Sequence record: SRR2962707_5461
Reading direction: 5' to 3' (one strand)
DNA: 64,000 nucleotides
Shown: positions 1-9,348 of the stretch, piece by piece
How the letters are laid out: each line of letters begins with the position of its first letter
How positions within the stretch are numbered: the stretch's first letter is position 1
Notes under the pieces: model-generated
Told to the model about the DNA's origin: nothing
Database searches by the model: none
The model's input: only the letters and a program-made list of their open reading frames with translations
Translations under genes and position numbers: made by a program

Positions 1-397
1 TCACTTTAAAAAGTTCAACGATACCTATGGGCACGATATGGGGGATATTGTCTTGAAGAATGTCGCCGCTCAATTGAAACGCTTTTCTCACCCAGGGAAA
101 GCATTTCGTTATGGTGGGGAGGAATTTACCATTGTATTTCGACACAATCGCTTGGAAGGCGTAGCGGACATTCTAGAAGACATTCGTTCGCATATTGAGC
201 AGGCCGAAGTGTCTGTTTTTGACCCTAAGAAGAAAAAAGAGGTGTCGGTAACTGTTACGGCTAGCATCGGGGTGGCTTTTGCGACTCAAGGGGATCTTCC
301 TGATGAGGTGTTAAAGCGGGCAGATGAAGCTTTGTACCAAGCAAAACGCAAAGGGCGAAACCGAGTTGCCCAAGCGCCCGCTTTGAAAAAGAGCTAA
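1..397 (+). CDS. GGDEF diguanylate cyclase, 3' part (gene starts before the window)
   Basis: Frame is open from base 2 (HFKKFNDTYGHDMGD), then RYGGEEF, TASIGVA and ADEALYQAKRKGRNRV. Confidence 0.93.
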   Translation, partial: HFKKFNDTYGHDMGDIVLKNVAAQLKRFSHPGKAFRYGGEEFTIVFRHNRLEGVADILEDIRSHIEQAEVSVFDPKKKKEVSVTVTASIGVAFATQGDLPDEVLKRADEALYQAKRKGRNRVAQAPALKKS

Positions 398-442
398 AGT
401 GTAAAAAGTTGTACGATTGGTCAAGTTTTTTACCTTGATCTA

Positions 443-470
443 TTGCGCTTGCTGAACAGCTGTTTATAAT
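443..470 (+). promoter_or_regulatory. Putative sigma70 promoter
   Basis: TTGCGC (443-448), 16 bp spacer, TATAAT (465-470). Confidence 0.55.
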
Positions 471-476
471 TCCCTT

Positions 477-688
477 CACTGAATTCAACGAAGCCTTCTA
501 GGCTTTATTAAAAGCGAAGTATTTATAGTGAGTGCTTGCTTAGAAAAAGAACATTGTGAAAAAGCTCTTCTTGCTTTGAACAATAACTGAGCCAACGTGG
601 TGCAGCAGTTAGCGTAACGATGAATGCCTATAGTCGTTTTAACGTCTCTGCTGTGAGGGGAAATGGGGAGCTTCGGCTCCCTTTTTTT
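477..688 (+). ncRNA. Candidate small RNA (~210 nt), family unknown
   Basis: Lies between a consensus-like promoter and a strong intrinsic terminator; internal long hairpin at ~602-654; no ORF with an RBS. Confidence 0.4.
666..688 (+). terminator. Intrinsic terminator
   Basis: GGGAGC-TTCG-GCTCCC followed by T7 (cUUCGg tetraloop). Confidence 0.85.
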
Positions 689-821
689 ATGCCAAACTTT
701 CTGATTCGGCTCTCTCGCTTCTTCCTCTCATTAAAGAGTGTTATCTTTGCCAGCAAATATTGCGAATGGAAAAGCAATATTCCCCTTTTCGTTAATATCC
801 GTCAGCAAATGAGGCATTATT

Positions 822-1466
822 TTGTCTGAAGTAAAGAGAGCCAAAGATCAGCTAAAGACGCACATTCGTGCTCAAAACCAAGCGCTTATCCTCGAAACAG
901 CAGAGCGTGTTTTTGCACGCCAGGGCTTGGCAAAAACCACCACACAAATGATTGCGAATGAAGCCAACCTACCCAAAGCGAATATCCATTATTACTATCG
1001 CTCCAAAAAAGATTTATTAGAAGCGGTATTAGAACGTATCTTAGCGATGTGGCTAGCGTCGGTGAGCCAGTTTACTTTAGAAGACGGTCCGAGAAAAAAT
1101 TTAACCCGTTACATCAGCGAAAAAATAGACCAGTCGCGTATCAATGTAAGTGCTTCTAAGGTGTTTGCGATGGCGCTTATTGGTGAAGATGAGTTTGTCT
1201 TGAACTATCTTCGTGAGAACTTTGTGACAGAGTTGAGTCGGGAGAAACATACGATCCAAACTTGGGTTGAGCAGGGGCTAATGGCACCGATTTCAGTAGA
1301 GCATCTTTTTATCAGTATGTGGGCTATGACCCAAACGTACGCCGACTTTGATGCCCAGGTGAAAGTACTACTTGGCAAAGAAAGCTTGGATGAAGAGGAC
1401 TACGCAGAAGCGAAACAGTTTATTACTCGAATGGTGTTGGCCGGCTGCGGTGTAAAGGAGGAGTAA
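822..1466 (+). CDS. TetR-family regulator, RutR-like
   Basis: N-terminal HTH (IANEANLPKANIHYYY); C-terminal WAMTQTYADF resembles RutR WATTQHYADF; TTG start after GAGG. Confidence 0.88.
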   Translation: MSEVKRAKDQLKTHIRAQNQALILETAERVFARQGLAKTTTQMIANEANLPKANIHYYYRSKKDLLEAVLERILAMWLASVSQFTLEDGPRKNLTRYISEKIDQSRINVSASKVFAMALIGEDEFVLNYLRENFVTELSREKHTIQTWVEQGLMAPISVEHLFISMWAMTQTYADFDAQVKVLLGKESLDEEDYAEAKQFITRMVLAGCGVKEE

Positions 1467-1468
1467 CA

Positions 1469-2086
1469 ATGACTTTGCAAAGTGCGATTACCTTCTTTAT
1501 TGCGATTTTTATATTTAGTGTGACGCCGGGGCCTGGTGTATTTGCGATTATTGGCCGTAGCATGATGAGAGGTGCCAAAAATTCGGTTGCCTTGTGCGTT
1601 GGGATGGCACTGAGTGACATAGTGTATTTAATCATGGCTTGTTATGGTCTGGCTGCTATCGCAGCACAGTGGGAAACCGCCTTTTTATTGGTGCGTTACC
1701 TTGGGGCAGCGTATCTGATTTACCTTGGTTGGAAAATGTGGACTTCTCCAGTCTCGAATGGCAATGAAGCGTCTTCAAAAAATACGACAAATGGGCTGGC
1801 AAGCTTTTTACAGGGCTTTATGATTTCGGCATCGAACCCCAAAGTTATCGTATTTTATATCGCGTTTCTTCCTAACTTTCTAGACGTTACCACCTTACAT
1901 GGCATGGATGTTTTATTGGCGGCAGTGATTGCTTTTACGGCGTTATTACTTGGTTTGTCGATTGTTTCTGTTGGCGCTTCTCAGGCTCGGCGCTATATGA
2001 AGTCTGAAAAAGCCATGAAAGGTTTGAACCGATCGGCTGGCAGTATTATGGCGTTGGCTGGCTGCTATTTAGGCTTAAAGGGATAG
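1469..2086 (+). CDS. LysE/RhtB-family translocator
   Basis: TPGPG motif, GAAYLIYLG, SNPKVIVFY; hydrophobic, 205 aa. Confidence 0.92.
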   Translation: MTLQSAITFFIAIFIFSVTPGPGVFAIIGRSMMRGAKNSVALCVGMALSDIVYLIMACYGLAAIAAQWETAFLLVRYLGAAYLIYLGWKMWTSPVSNGNEASSKNTTNGLASFLQGFMISASNPKVIVFYIAFLPNFLDVTTLHGMDVLLAAVIAFTALLLGLSIVSVGASQARRYMKSEKAMKGLNRSAGSIMALAGCYLGLKG

Positions 2087-2139
2087 TGTGAAAAAAGCGG
2101 CGTTAAAGAGAGTGTGAAAAGAATCGATATTGGAAAGAT

Positions 2140-2173
2140 AGGCCATCCAGCGCAAAGCTAGATGGCCTTTTTT
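2140..2173 (+). terminator. Terminator between the convergent lysE and upp genes
   Basis: AGGCCATCCAGC...GCTAGATGGCCT followed by a T run. Confidence 0.75.
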
Positions 2174-2174
2174 A

Positions 2175-2831
2175 CTAGCGAGTTCCGTAAATTCGGTCGC
2201 CAGCGTCGCCAACACCTGGGCGAATGTAGGCGTGTTCGTCTAATTCTCGGTCAATTGCCCCTACATACATAGGCACATCGCTGTGGGCTTTTTTGAAGGC
2301 TTCAATGCCTTCAGGTGCTGCAAATAGGCAAATGAAACGAATGTCTTTCGCTCCCATCTCTTTCATTTTATCGATGGCTGCGATAGCTGAATTCCCCGTT
2401 GCTAACATAGGGTCAACGACAATGATGGTTCTTTCGTCTACAGAGTGAGGCATCTTTAAGTAGTATTCTACTGGTTGCTTGGTCTCTGGATCACGATACA
2501 TACCCACGTGGCCAACACGGGCAGAAGGAGACAGCTTAAGCACGCCTTCTGCTAAGCCGTTGCCGGCACGCATGATGGTTACTATGCATAATTTTTTGCC
2601 TTTTAACATTGGGCTCAATGTTGTTTCTAAAGGTGTTTCTACCTCGGTATCCACTGTTTCTAAATCACGAGTCGCTTCGTAACCAATTAAGGTCCCTAAC
2701 TCTTCTACCAACATGCGGAACTCTCGAGTGTTGGTGTTTTTGTCTCTCAAACTGGTCAGTTTATGTTTAACAAAAGGGTGATTGATCACGAAAATATCAG
2801 GGTAAGTCTTAAGGAGCTCATCGCGAGTCAT
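2175..2831 (-). CDS. upp: Uracil phosphoribosyltransferase
   Basis: [39 protein letters not shown]. Confidence 0.97.
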   Translation of the reverse strand: MTRDELLKTYPDIFVINHPFVKHKLTSLRDKNTNTREFRMLVEELGTLIGYEATRDLETVDTEVETPLETTLSPMLKGKKLCIVTIMRAGNGLAEGVLKLSPSARVGHVGMYRDPETKQPVEYYLKMPHSVDERTIIVVDPMLATGNSAIAAIDKMKEMGAKDIRFICLFAAPEGIEAFKKAHSDVPMYVGAIDRELDEHAYIRPGVGDAGDRIYGTR

Positions 2832-3096
2832 GGTTGTTTCCTTCTATTTAAATGGAGGCGGCGCGTTGTTAATAAATATTGTGCAGGAATGATACCACAA
2901 TGGTTTTGTTGATTAATCAGCAATCCTGTCTTTTTGGTTAGCACGCTTAGGAATGGGCAAAGAATAGGAAAAAGACAGTTAGGGATTGTTTTCATTCGGA
3001 TTGGCATTACATAAATGAGTAACGTAGCTAGATTCTAGTGCAGTATTTTGAATCTCAATATTGAGAGCGAAACTTGGATTCATTGAGAAGTAGATT

Positions 3097-5532
3097 ATGA
3101 ATAATGATGATCAGTACCCAGATGTAGAAGATGAACAAATAACAGACGTTGAAGAAGACAGTGTCGCGATTAATGACCCAAGAGGCTTAGCATTACCGGA
3201 TGATGTGCTGCCTGATACTCTGTATCTTTTGCCTATCTCCAGCCGACCTTTCTTCCCCGCTCAAGTACAGCCTGTGATGGTGGATGCAGACCCATGGGAA
3301 GATACGTTAGATCGCATTGCCGAGGATCCTCAGACAGCAGTGGGATTGGTGTATGTCGACAAAGTAAAAGGGGCGCCACCGGTTGAATCTTTTCGGGCCA
3401 TCGGTTGTGTTGCCCGCGTACACAAGGCAGAAAAACAAAATGATAAAATCACCTTCTTAGCGCAAGGGGTGAAACGCTTTGAAGTGGTTGAGTGGTTAAG
3501 TGAAACCACGCCGTACTTAGCACGTGTTCGTTACATTAACGATTCTAAAAAGAGTGATGATGAAACGAAAGCGTATTCCATTGCTATTTTAGACTCGATT
3601 AAAGAGTTGATCCGTTTAAACCCTCTTTTTAGTGAAGATTTACGTCAATACATTGGCCGTTTTTCTTTTAATGAGCCTGGGTTACTGGCAGATTTTGCCG
3701 CATCGATCACTTCTGCGGATGGGAAGGATTTATACGAGGTACTAGAAACGGCGCAGGTTCAGGCAAGAATGCACTTGTCGCTTACCTTGATCAAAAAAGA
3801 ACTCGAGATTGCCCGTCTTCAGAATGAAATTAGTGCGGAAGTAAATGACAAAATCAGTCAGCATCAGCGCGAGTTCTTCTTAAAAGAGCAGCTTAAAGTC
3901 ATTCAAAAAGAGTTGGGCATTTCGAAAGATGATCGTACGTCTGATGTGGAAACATTTGAGGCGCGCCTTGAGGGGAAAACGGTTCCTGATGCGGTAAATG
4001 ACAAAATCCAAGAAGAGCTTCATAAGTTAAGTATTCTAGAAACAGGTTCTCCAGAATACGGAGTAACTCGTAACTATTTGGATTGGGCCACATCCTTACC
4101 ATGGGGTGTTCATTCTGCCGATAACCTTGATATTAGCGTTGCGCGAGACGTACTTGAATCTCACCATGCTGGACTTGGAGACATAAAGGATCGCATTGTT
4201 GAATTCTTGGCTCTGGGGGCGCATCGCGGTGAAATGGGGGGCTCGATTTTATTATTAGTTGGACCACCAGGGGTCGGTAAAACATCGATTGGTAAATCCA
4301 TAGCAGAATCCTTGAATCGTAAATTCTATCGATTTAGCTTGGGTGGTATGCGAGACGAAGCAGAAATCAAAGGTCATAGACGCACTTATATTGGTGCGTT
4401 GCCCGGGAAATTTGTTCAAGCTCTGAAAGATGTAGAGGTTGAAAACCCCGTTATCATGCTGGATGAAGTAGACAAAATTGGCTCTTCTTTTCAGGGGGAT
4501 CCCGCGTCTTCTTTATTAGAAGCGTTAGACCCTGAGCAGAACAGTGAGTTCTTAGATCATTATTTAGACATGAGAGTCGACCTTTCTAAGACCTTGTTTA
4601 TTTGTACTGCGAACCAGCTTGATACTATTCCTGCGCCATTATTGGATCGAATGGATGTGATTCGGTTGTCTGGTTATATTGGCGATGAAAAGCTTGCTAT
4701 CGCCAAGCAGCACCTGTGGCCGAAATTACTTAAAAAGAATAAGTTGTTGAAAAAGCAGCTTAATATTACCGATGCTGCGTTGCGCCATATTATTGAACAT
4801 TATGCGCGTGAAGCTGGGGTTCGAGGGCTGGATAAACTCCTGCAAAAAATCTTACGTAAGTCGGTTGTTAGCTTAATGACGGGTGAGAAAGAAACGATCA
4901 GTGTGGGTGTGAAAGATGTAGAAAAGTTACTCGGTATGCCGTATTTCCGACCTGAAAAAACCTTGCAAGGCGTAGGGGTCGTGACTGGGCTTGCGTGGAC
5001 TTCAATGGGCGGAGCAACACTGCCTATTGAAGCCAATAAGGTACATGATTTGACTCGTGGCTTGAAATTGACAGGTAAATTGGGCGATGTCATGAAAGAG
5101 TCGGCAGAGATTGCGTATTCTTATGTTTTCTCACACACCAAAAGTTATCAACGTACCCCTGAGTATTTTGATAAATGTTTAGTGCATTTGCATGTGCCGG
5201 AAGGCGCCACGCCAAAAGATGGCCCTAGTGCCGGTGTTACTATGGCAACGGCGTTAATGTCATTAGCGCGAGGTGAGCCTATTCGCAAAGGGTTGGCGAT
5301 GACGGGTGAGCTAACCTTGACTGGGCAGGTGTTGGCGGTTGGTGGTATCAGAGAGAAAATCATCGCGGCAAAACGCAGCAAAATCAGTGAAGTTATTTTA
5401 CCTGAGCCAAATCGCCGGGATTTTTATGAATTGCCAGAATCCGTGAAAGAAGGGATGACGGTGCATTTCGCAGAGCGTTTTGCTGATGTCGAAAAGATTG
5501 TTTTTAATCGAGGCAGCAATGATGTTCACTAA
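3097..5532 (+). CDS. lon: ATP-dependent Lon protease (endopeptidase La)
   Basis: LON N-domain, Walker A GPPGVGKT, MLDEVDK, catalytic PKDGPSAG, GGIREK. Confidence 0.96.
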   Translation: MNNDDQYPDVEDEQITDVEEDSVAINDPRGLALPDDVLPDTLYLLPISSRPFFPAQVQPVMVDADPWEDTLDRIAEDPQTAVGLVYVDKVKGAPPVESFRAIGCVARVHKAEKQNDKITFLAQGVKRFEVVEWLSETTPYLARVRYINDSKKSDDETKAYSIAILDSIKELIRLNPLFSEDLRQYIGRFSFNEPGLLADFAASITSADGKDLYEVLETAQVQARMHLSLTLIKKELEIARLQNEISAEVNDKISQHQREFFLKEQLKVIQKELGISKDDRTSDVETFEARLEGKTVPDAVNDKIQEELHKLSILETGSPEYGVTRNYLDWATSLPWGVHSADNLDISVARDVLESHHAGLGDIKDRIVEFLALGAHRGEMGGSILLLVGPPGVGKTSIGKSIAESLNRKFYRFSLGGMRDEAEIKGHRRTYIGALPGKFVQALKDVEVENPVIMLDEVDKIGSSFQGDPASSLLEALDPEQNSEFLDHYLDMRVDLSKTLFICTANQLDTIPAPLLDRMDVIRLSGYIGDEKLAIAKQHLWPKLLKKNKLLKKQLNITDAALRHIIEHYAREAGVRGLDKLLQKILRKSVVSLMTGEKETISVGVKDVEKLLGMPYFRPEKTLQGVGVVTGLAWTSMGGATLPIEANKVHDLTRGLKLTGKLGDVMKESAEIAYSYVFSHTKSYQRTPEYFDKCLVHLHVPEGATPKDGPSAGVTMATALMSLARGEPIRKGLAMTGELTLTGQVLAVGGIREKIIAAKRSKISEVILPEPNRRDFYELPESVKEGMTVHFAERFADVEKIVFNRGSNDVH

Positions 5533-5619
5533 GCATTTCTAACCCCAGTTTATGGCGAGGGTTTAACTATCCTCAAAGTATCCATTCTCACCAACTAAGA
5601 TACGTGAGAAAATAATTAT

Positions 5620-5650
5620 GCCGGACGAGCACGAGCTCGCCCGGCTTTTT
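5620..5650 (+). terminator. Intrinsic terminator after lon
   Basis: GCCGGACGAGC-ACGA-GCTCGCCCGGC followed by T5. Confidence 0.7.
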
Positions 5651-5679
5651 CATATTGGTATTAATTGTAGGGGAAGTGA

Positions 5680-7059
5680 ATGCCGCATCAGGCAAAACTA
5701 ACACAGGGCTCAACGCTAAAGCATGTGGTAACTATGTCGTTTACCAGTGCGCTTGGTTTGATGTGTATGTTTTTGGTTGATCTGGTCGACATGCTTTTCC
5801 TTTCAATGTTGGGTGAGAAAGAAGCGGTGGCCGCGGTGGGATTTGCTGGCACCATTATGTTTTTTACTATCTCGCTGAGCATCGCTGTTTCTATTGCTGC
5901 TACGGCATTGGTTGCTCGAGCCATAGGGGAAGGGGACGTCGTATTAGCGAAACGCAGAGCGGTGAATGTGTTGGCTTTTGGGGTGATTTTTTCCACCGCC
6001 ATCGTGTTACTTTTATGGCCTCACATCGCAGATCTCCTCTCCTTTATTGGGGCGACTGGGCGCACGCTTGAATTAGCCAATGGGTACTTGCGCATTCTGG
6101 TGCTGGGTATGCCTGCGGTGATGATAGGTATGATAGGTTCTGGCATTATGCGCGCATTAGGGGATGCACGACGTGCCATGTATGCCACCTTAGTTGGCGG
6201 TATTGTGAACGCTATCCTAGACCCTATTTTTATATTTGCATTGGGGATGGGGGTGCAAGGCGCTGCGCTAGCGTCTTTGATTGCGCGATTTTCTATGGTC
6301 GTGGTGTCGTATTATGGCGTGGTTCATGTTCATAAAATGCTGGGGAAATTTGACCTCGTTGGCTTTTTTAAAGATCTTAAGCCGATCTGTAGAATCGCCT
6401 TACCTGCGATGCTGACGAGCTTGTCCTCACCATTGGCCAACACCATTGTTATGAGTCATACCGCCACCTTTGGGGATGATGCTGTCGCTGCAATTGCCAT
6501 TATTGGGCGTATTATCCCTGTGGTATTTTGTGGTTTGTTTGCCTTATCTGGTGCAGTGGGGCCTATTCTTGGGCAGAACTACGGTGCGCGACGATTTGAT
6601 CGCATGCATGGCGCCATTTATAGCGCGGTCACTTACGCTTTTGTGTATTGTTTTGTTCTGTGTATTGCTTTGTATCTTATGCAGGATTGGTTGGTTTCTG
6701 TGTTTAATGCAACGCAAAGAACCGCTGATCTTATTCGCTTTTTTGCGACCTATGTGTCTTTTAGCTTCTTTTTTCAAAGCTTGTTGTTTATTGCGATCGC
6801 CGTGTTCAATAACTTGGGAAAACCCTTTAACAGTACCTTGTTAAATTTTGGGCGTGCAACGCTAGGGACTTGGCCGCTGATCTTTGTGTTTGGTTTCTTT
6901 ATGGGAGCCGAAGGGGTGTTGTTTGGTCAAGCCGTGGGCTCGGTTGTGTTTGGCTGTTTAGGGTTTTATATGGCACGTCATTATATTGCCGAGTTAGAAG
7001 CGAAGGACGGCAATGGAATCTCTGCGAACTCATCTTTGGGGTACGAAGAGATTCTTTAG
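5680..7059 (+). CDS. MATE-family efflux transporter
   Basis: About 12 TM segments; RALGDARRAM, NAILDPIFIF, GQNYGA motifs. Confidence 0.92.
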   Translation: MPHQAKLTQGSTLKHVVTMSFTSALGLMCMFLVDLVDMLFLSMLGEKEAVAAVGFAGTIMFFTISLSIAVSIAATALVARAIGEGDVVLAKRRAVNVLAFGVIFSTAIVLLLWPHIADLLSFIGATGRTLELANGYLRILVLGMPAVMIGMIGSGIMRALGDARRAMYATLVGGIVNAILDPIFIFALGMGVQGAALASLIARFSMVVVSYYGVVHVHKMLGKFDLVGFFKDLKPICRIALPAMLTSLSSPLANTIVMSHTATFGDDAVAAIAIIGRIIPVVFCGLFALSGAVGPILGQNYGARRFDRMHGAIYSAVTYAFVYCFVLCIALYLMQDWLVSVFNATQRTADLIRFFATYVSFSFFFQSLLFIAIAVFNNLGKPFNSTLLNFGRATLGTWPLIFVFGFFMGAEGVLFGQAVGSVVFGCLGFYMARHYIAELEAKDGNGISANSSLGYEEIL

Positions 7060-7066
7060 ATGCTTT

Positions 7067-7828
7067 CTACGCGTCTTTTGTTGCCCAAAGAAGAAATTCT
7101 CGATTGCCATCACCGCCCTTTATAGGGCTTTCAATGTAACACTTTACTGTCATGCCAAGGTGCCTTATAAAAAGCTGAATGTCCTCTTCAAGCTGCTTTA
7201 TACGCTGCTTATCTTTGACAACTCCTCCTTTGCCGACGAACTCTTTACCCACTTCAAATTGTGGTTTGACAAGGGTGATCAAATGACCAGATTGCTTTAG
7301 TAATGAAGGCAGTTGCGGCAGTATTTTAGTTTGCGAAATAAAAGACACATCCATAACAACAAGATCAAACCCAGCCTCTGGGAAATGCCCATTCAGGTGC
7401 TCTTTTGTCAGACTTCTTGCATTAATCCCTTCTAAGCAAATGACATTGGGGGTATCTCGTAAACGTTTGTCGAGTTGATCATGACCCACTTCGATACCCA
7501 CAACGCGCTCAGCCCCATGTTGAATTGCACAGTCAGTAAAACCGCCGGTAGACTGTCCTACGTCTAATACTTGAAACCCAGTGAGGTCTATTTGGGTGTG
7601 TTTGATGGCCCCCTCTAGTTTCAACGCGCCTCTAGACACATAACGATCGGCGTCATTGACAGTGACATTGAGCTTGCAGTCAGCTTCGAGCTTTATGCTG
7701 GGTTTCGTTGCCGTAATCCATTTTTCTTCTTGTAGGAAAGACACGCGACCTTCGCTGATAAAAGTTTGTGCTTGAGAGCGGGATTTAGCGAGGCCTTGCT
7801 CAGTGAGTAATAGATCAATACGAATCAT
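7067..7828 (-). CDS. tlyA: TlyA-family rRNA methyltransferase
   Basis: S4 domain (RIDLLL), YVSRGALKL, LDVGQSTGGFTD, DVSFIS, LVKPQFE, SPIKGGDGNREF; start placed at MIRIDL. Confidence 0.93.
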   Translation of the reverse strand: MIRIDLLLTEQGLAKSRSQAQTFISEGRVSFLQEEKWITATKPSIKLEADCKLNVTVNDADRYVSRGALKLEGAIKHTQIDLTGFQVLDVGQSTGGFTDCAIQHGAERVVGIEVGHDQLDKRLRDTPNVICLEGINARSLTKEHLNGHFPEAGFDLVVMDVSFISQTKILPQLPSLLKQSGHLITLVKPQFEVGKEFVGKGGVVKDKQRIKQLEEDIQLFIRHLGMTVKCYIESPIKGGDGNREFLLWATKDA

Positions 7829-7950
7829 TCGGTGCTCAATGGAAGTGGTAATGTTAGCGCGGGATATTAGCAAAAAGTTGCCAATCAAAGTAGATTTATG
7901 GGATCAATAAGATGAATTTCCGTTACCAATCGAATCAGTAAGGAAGAATT

Positions 7951-8781
7951 ATGCTGTTGCAGACTTTAATCAGTGTACAGGCGCTAAACGACGTGCTTGA
8001 GCAAGAAAATACAGTAATTTTAGATTGTCGGTTTTATCTAATGGATCATAAGAAGGGGAGATATGAATACGAAAAGGGTCATGTCCCCAAGGCGATTTTT
8101 GTTGATGTTCATCATGAGTTAGCGGGTAAAGAGACAGAATTAACGGGTCGACACCCGTTACCGGAGCAAGAAGATTTTGCCGATCAACTTCAGCGTTGGG
8201 GCATTGATCAGCATTCTCGCGTGATCGTTTACGATGACATGGGAGGTGCTATCGCAGCGCGTGCTTGGTGGATGCTTTCCCAGCAAGGGATTGAGACCTA
8301 CGTATTAGATGGAGGGATTGCCGCTTGGCAGACGCCGCTTGCAACGCAAATTGAGAGACCTGTCGCTTCCTCTTATCGCTTTAATGTGTCTTTCCCTTGG
8401 CAAGTAACGGAAAGAGACGTTGTTGAAAATTTCGAACTGGGTTCTTTTCAGTTGGTGGATGCTCGTGCTTCTGATCGATTTTATGGTGAAAATGAAACGT
8501 TAGACCCTATTGCTGGGCATATTCCAGGAGCGATCAATCGTCCTTTTTCTAAAAACCTCACTGAAGGTGCTTCGTTTAAATCCAAAGAGGCTTTAGCCAG
8601 CGAATGGCATGCTCTATTAAGAGGAAGCGAAAATGTGGTGCATTATTGTGGTTCCGGCATTACATCGTGCCATAACGTATTGGCCATGAATTGTGCTGGG
8701 ATAGAAGCGAAAAGAGTGTATGTAGGCTCTTGGAGTCAATGGGCTAAACGCATGTTGCGTGCAGCAGAAATAGAGGCTTAA
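7951..8781 (+). CDS. Tandem-rhodanese sulfurtransferase (SseA-like)
   Basis: GRHPLP, AARAWW, DARASDRF, GHIPGA, active site YCGSGITSC, YVGSWSQW. Confidence 0.93.
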   Translation: MLLQTLISVQALNDVLEQENTVILDCRFYLMDHKKGRYEYEKGHVPKAIFVDVHHELAGKETELTGRHPLPEQEDFADQLQRWGIDQHSRVIVYDDMGGAIAARAWWMLSQQGIETYVLDGGIAAWQTPLATQIERPVASSYRFNVSFPWQVTERDVVENFELGSFQLVDARASDRFYGENETLDPIAGHIPGAINRPFSKNLTEGASFKSKEALASEWHALLRGSENVVHYCGSGITSCHNVLAMNCAGIEAKRVYVGSWSQWAKRMLRAAEIEA

Positions 8782-8849
8782 GCTTATCATAGATAAAAGC
8801 CGCGGCTTTTGAACTGGCCTCTTGTCGCTGCGGCTTTTAGGGTTATGTG

Positions 8850-9167
8850 TTATTTGGGCGTGACGCCAGACAGGAAGATTTGAACTTGTTGATGGGCGTC
8901 TCCCCAGATGTGGGATTTAATACTAAGAATGAATTTTTCAGCTTCTTTTAGTGACACTATGCCATCCAATAATCGAATGCCTATGCCTTCTTGAGTAAAA
9001 AAGAAGTGCCAGATGTGGTTGTCGATGGAGACTTCACCTTCTCCGTTCTCGTAGGATACCTGGGTAAAAGAATAATCAGAAGGAACAAAGCAGGCTAACT
9101 CTTGCCCAGCGCCTCCATAATTTAGGTCGGGAATATAGCCTTGACGATCAACCAGTTCAAACTTCAT
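8850..9167 (-). CDS. Hypothetical protein, 105 aa
   Basis: Strong RBS (GAGGAG) and protein-like composition; no family recognised. Confidence 0.7.
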   Translation of the reverse strand: MKFELVDRQGYIPDLNYGGAGQELACFVPSDYSFTQVSYENGEGEVSIDNHIWHFFFTQEGIGIRLLDGIVSLKEAEKFILSIKSHIWGDAHQQVQIFLSGVTPK

Positions 9168-9314
9168 AGAGAACTCCTCATCTTGTTTTCTTTTAGAGTA
9201 GTTTTAAATAATGCTTTTGACTATGTCTTTTTCATCAAAGGGGAGAAAGGTTAAGCTTCAGTGTCTACTTATGGCGTAATTTGGGGTGGAGTAATGATAG
9301 AAGCGAGCGGAATA

Positions 9315-9340
9315 ATGACGTGAGATGAATCTCACGTCAT
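9315..9340. terminator. Perfect 12-bp inverted repeat downstream of the YrbL-like gene
   Basis: ATGACGTGAGAT-GA-ATCTCACGTCAT. Confidence 0.55.
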
Positions 9341-9348
9341 CTAAAAAG

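Noticed and set aside
620..829. 69-aa ORF upstream of tetR
   Set aside because: No RBS, runs through a strong terminator, and has no protein-like features
2832..2900. E. coli-type UTP-dependent reiterative transcription control of upp
   Set aside because: No long T tract at the predicted start site
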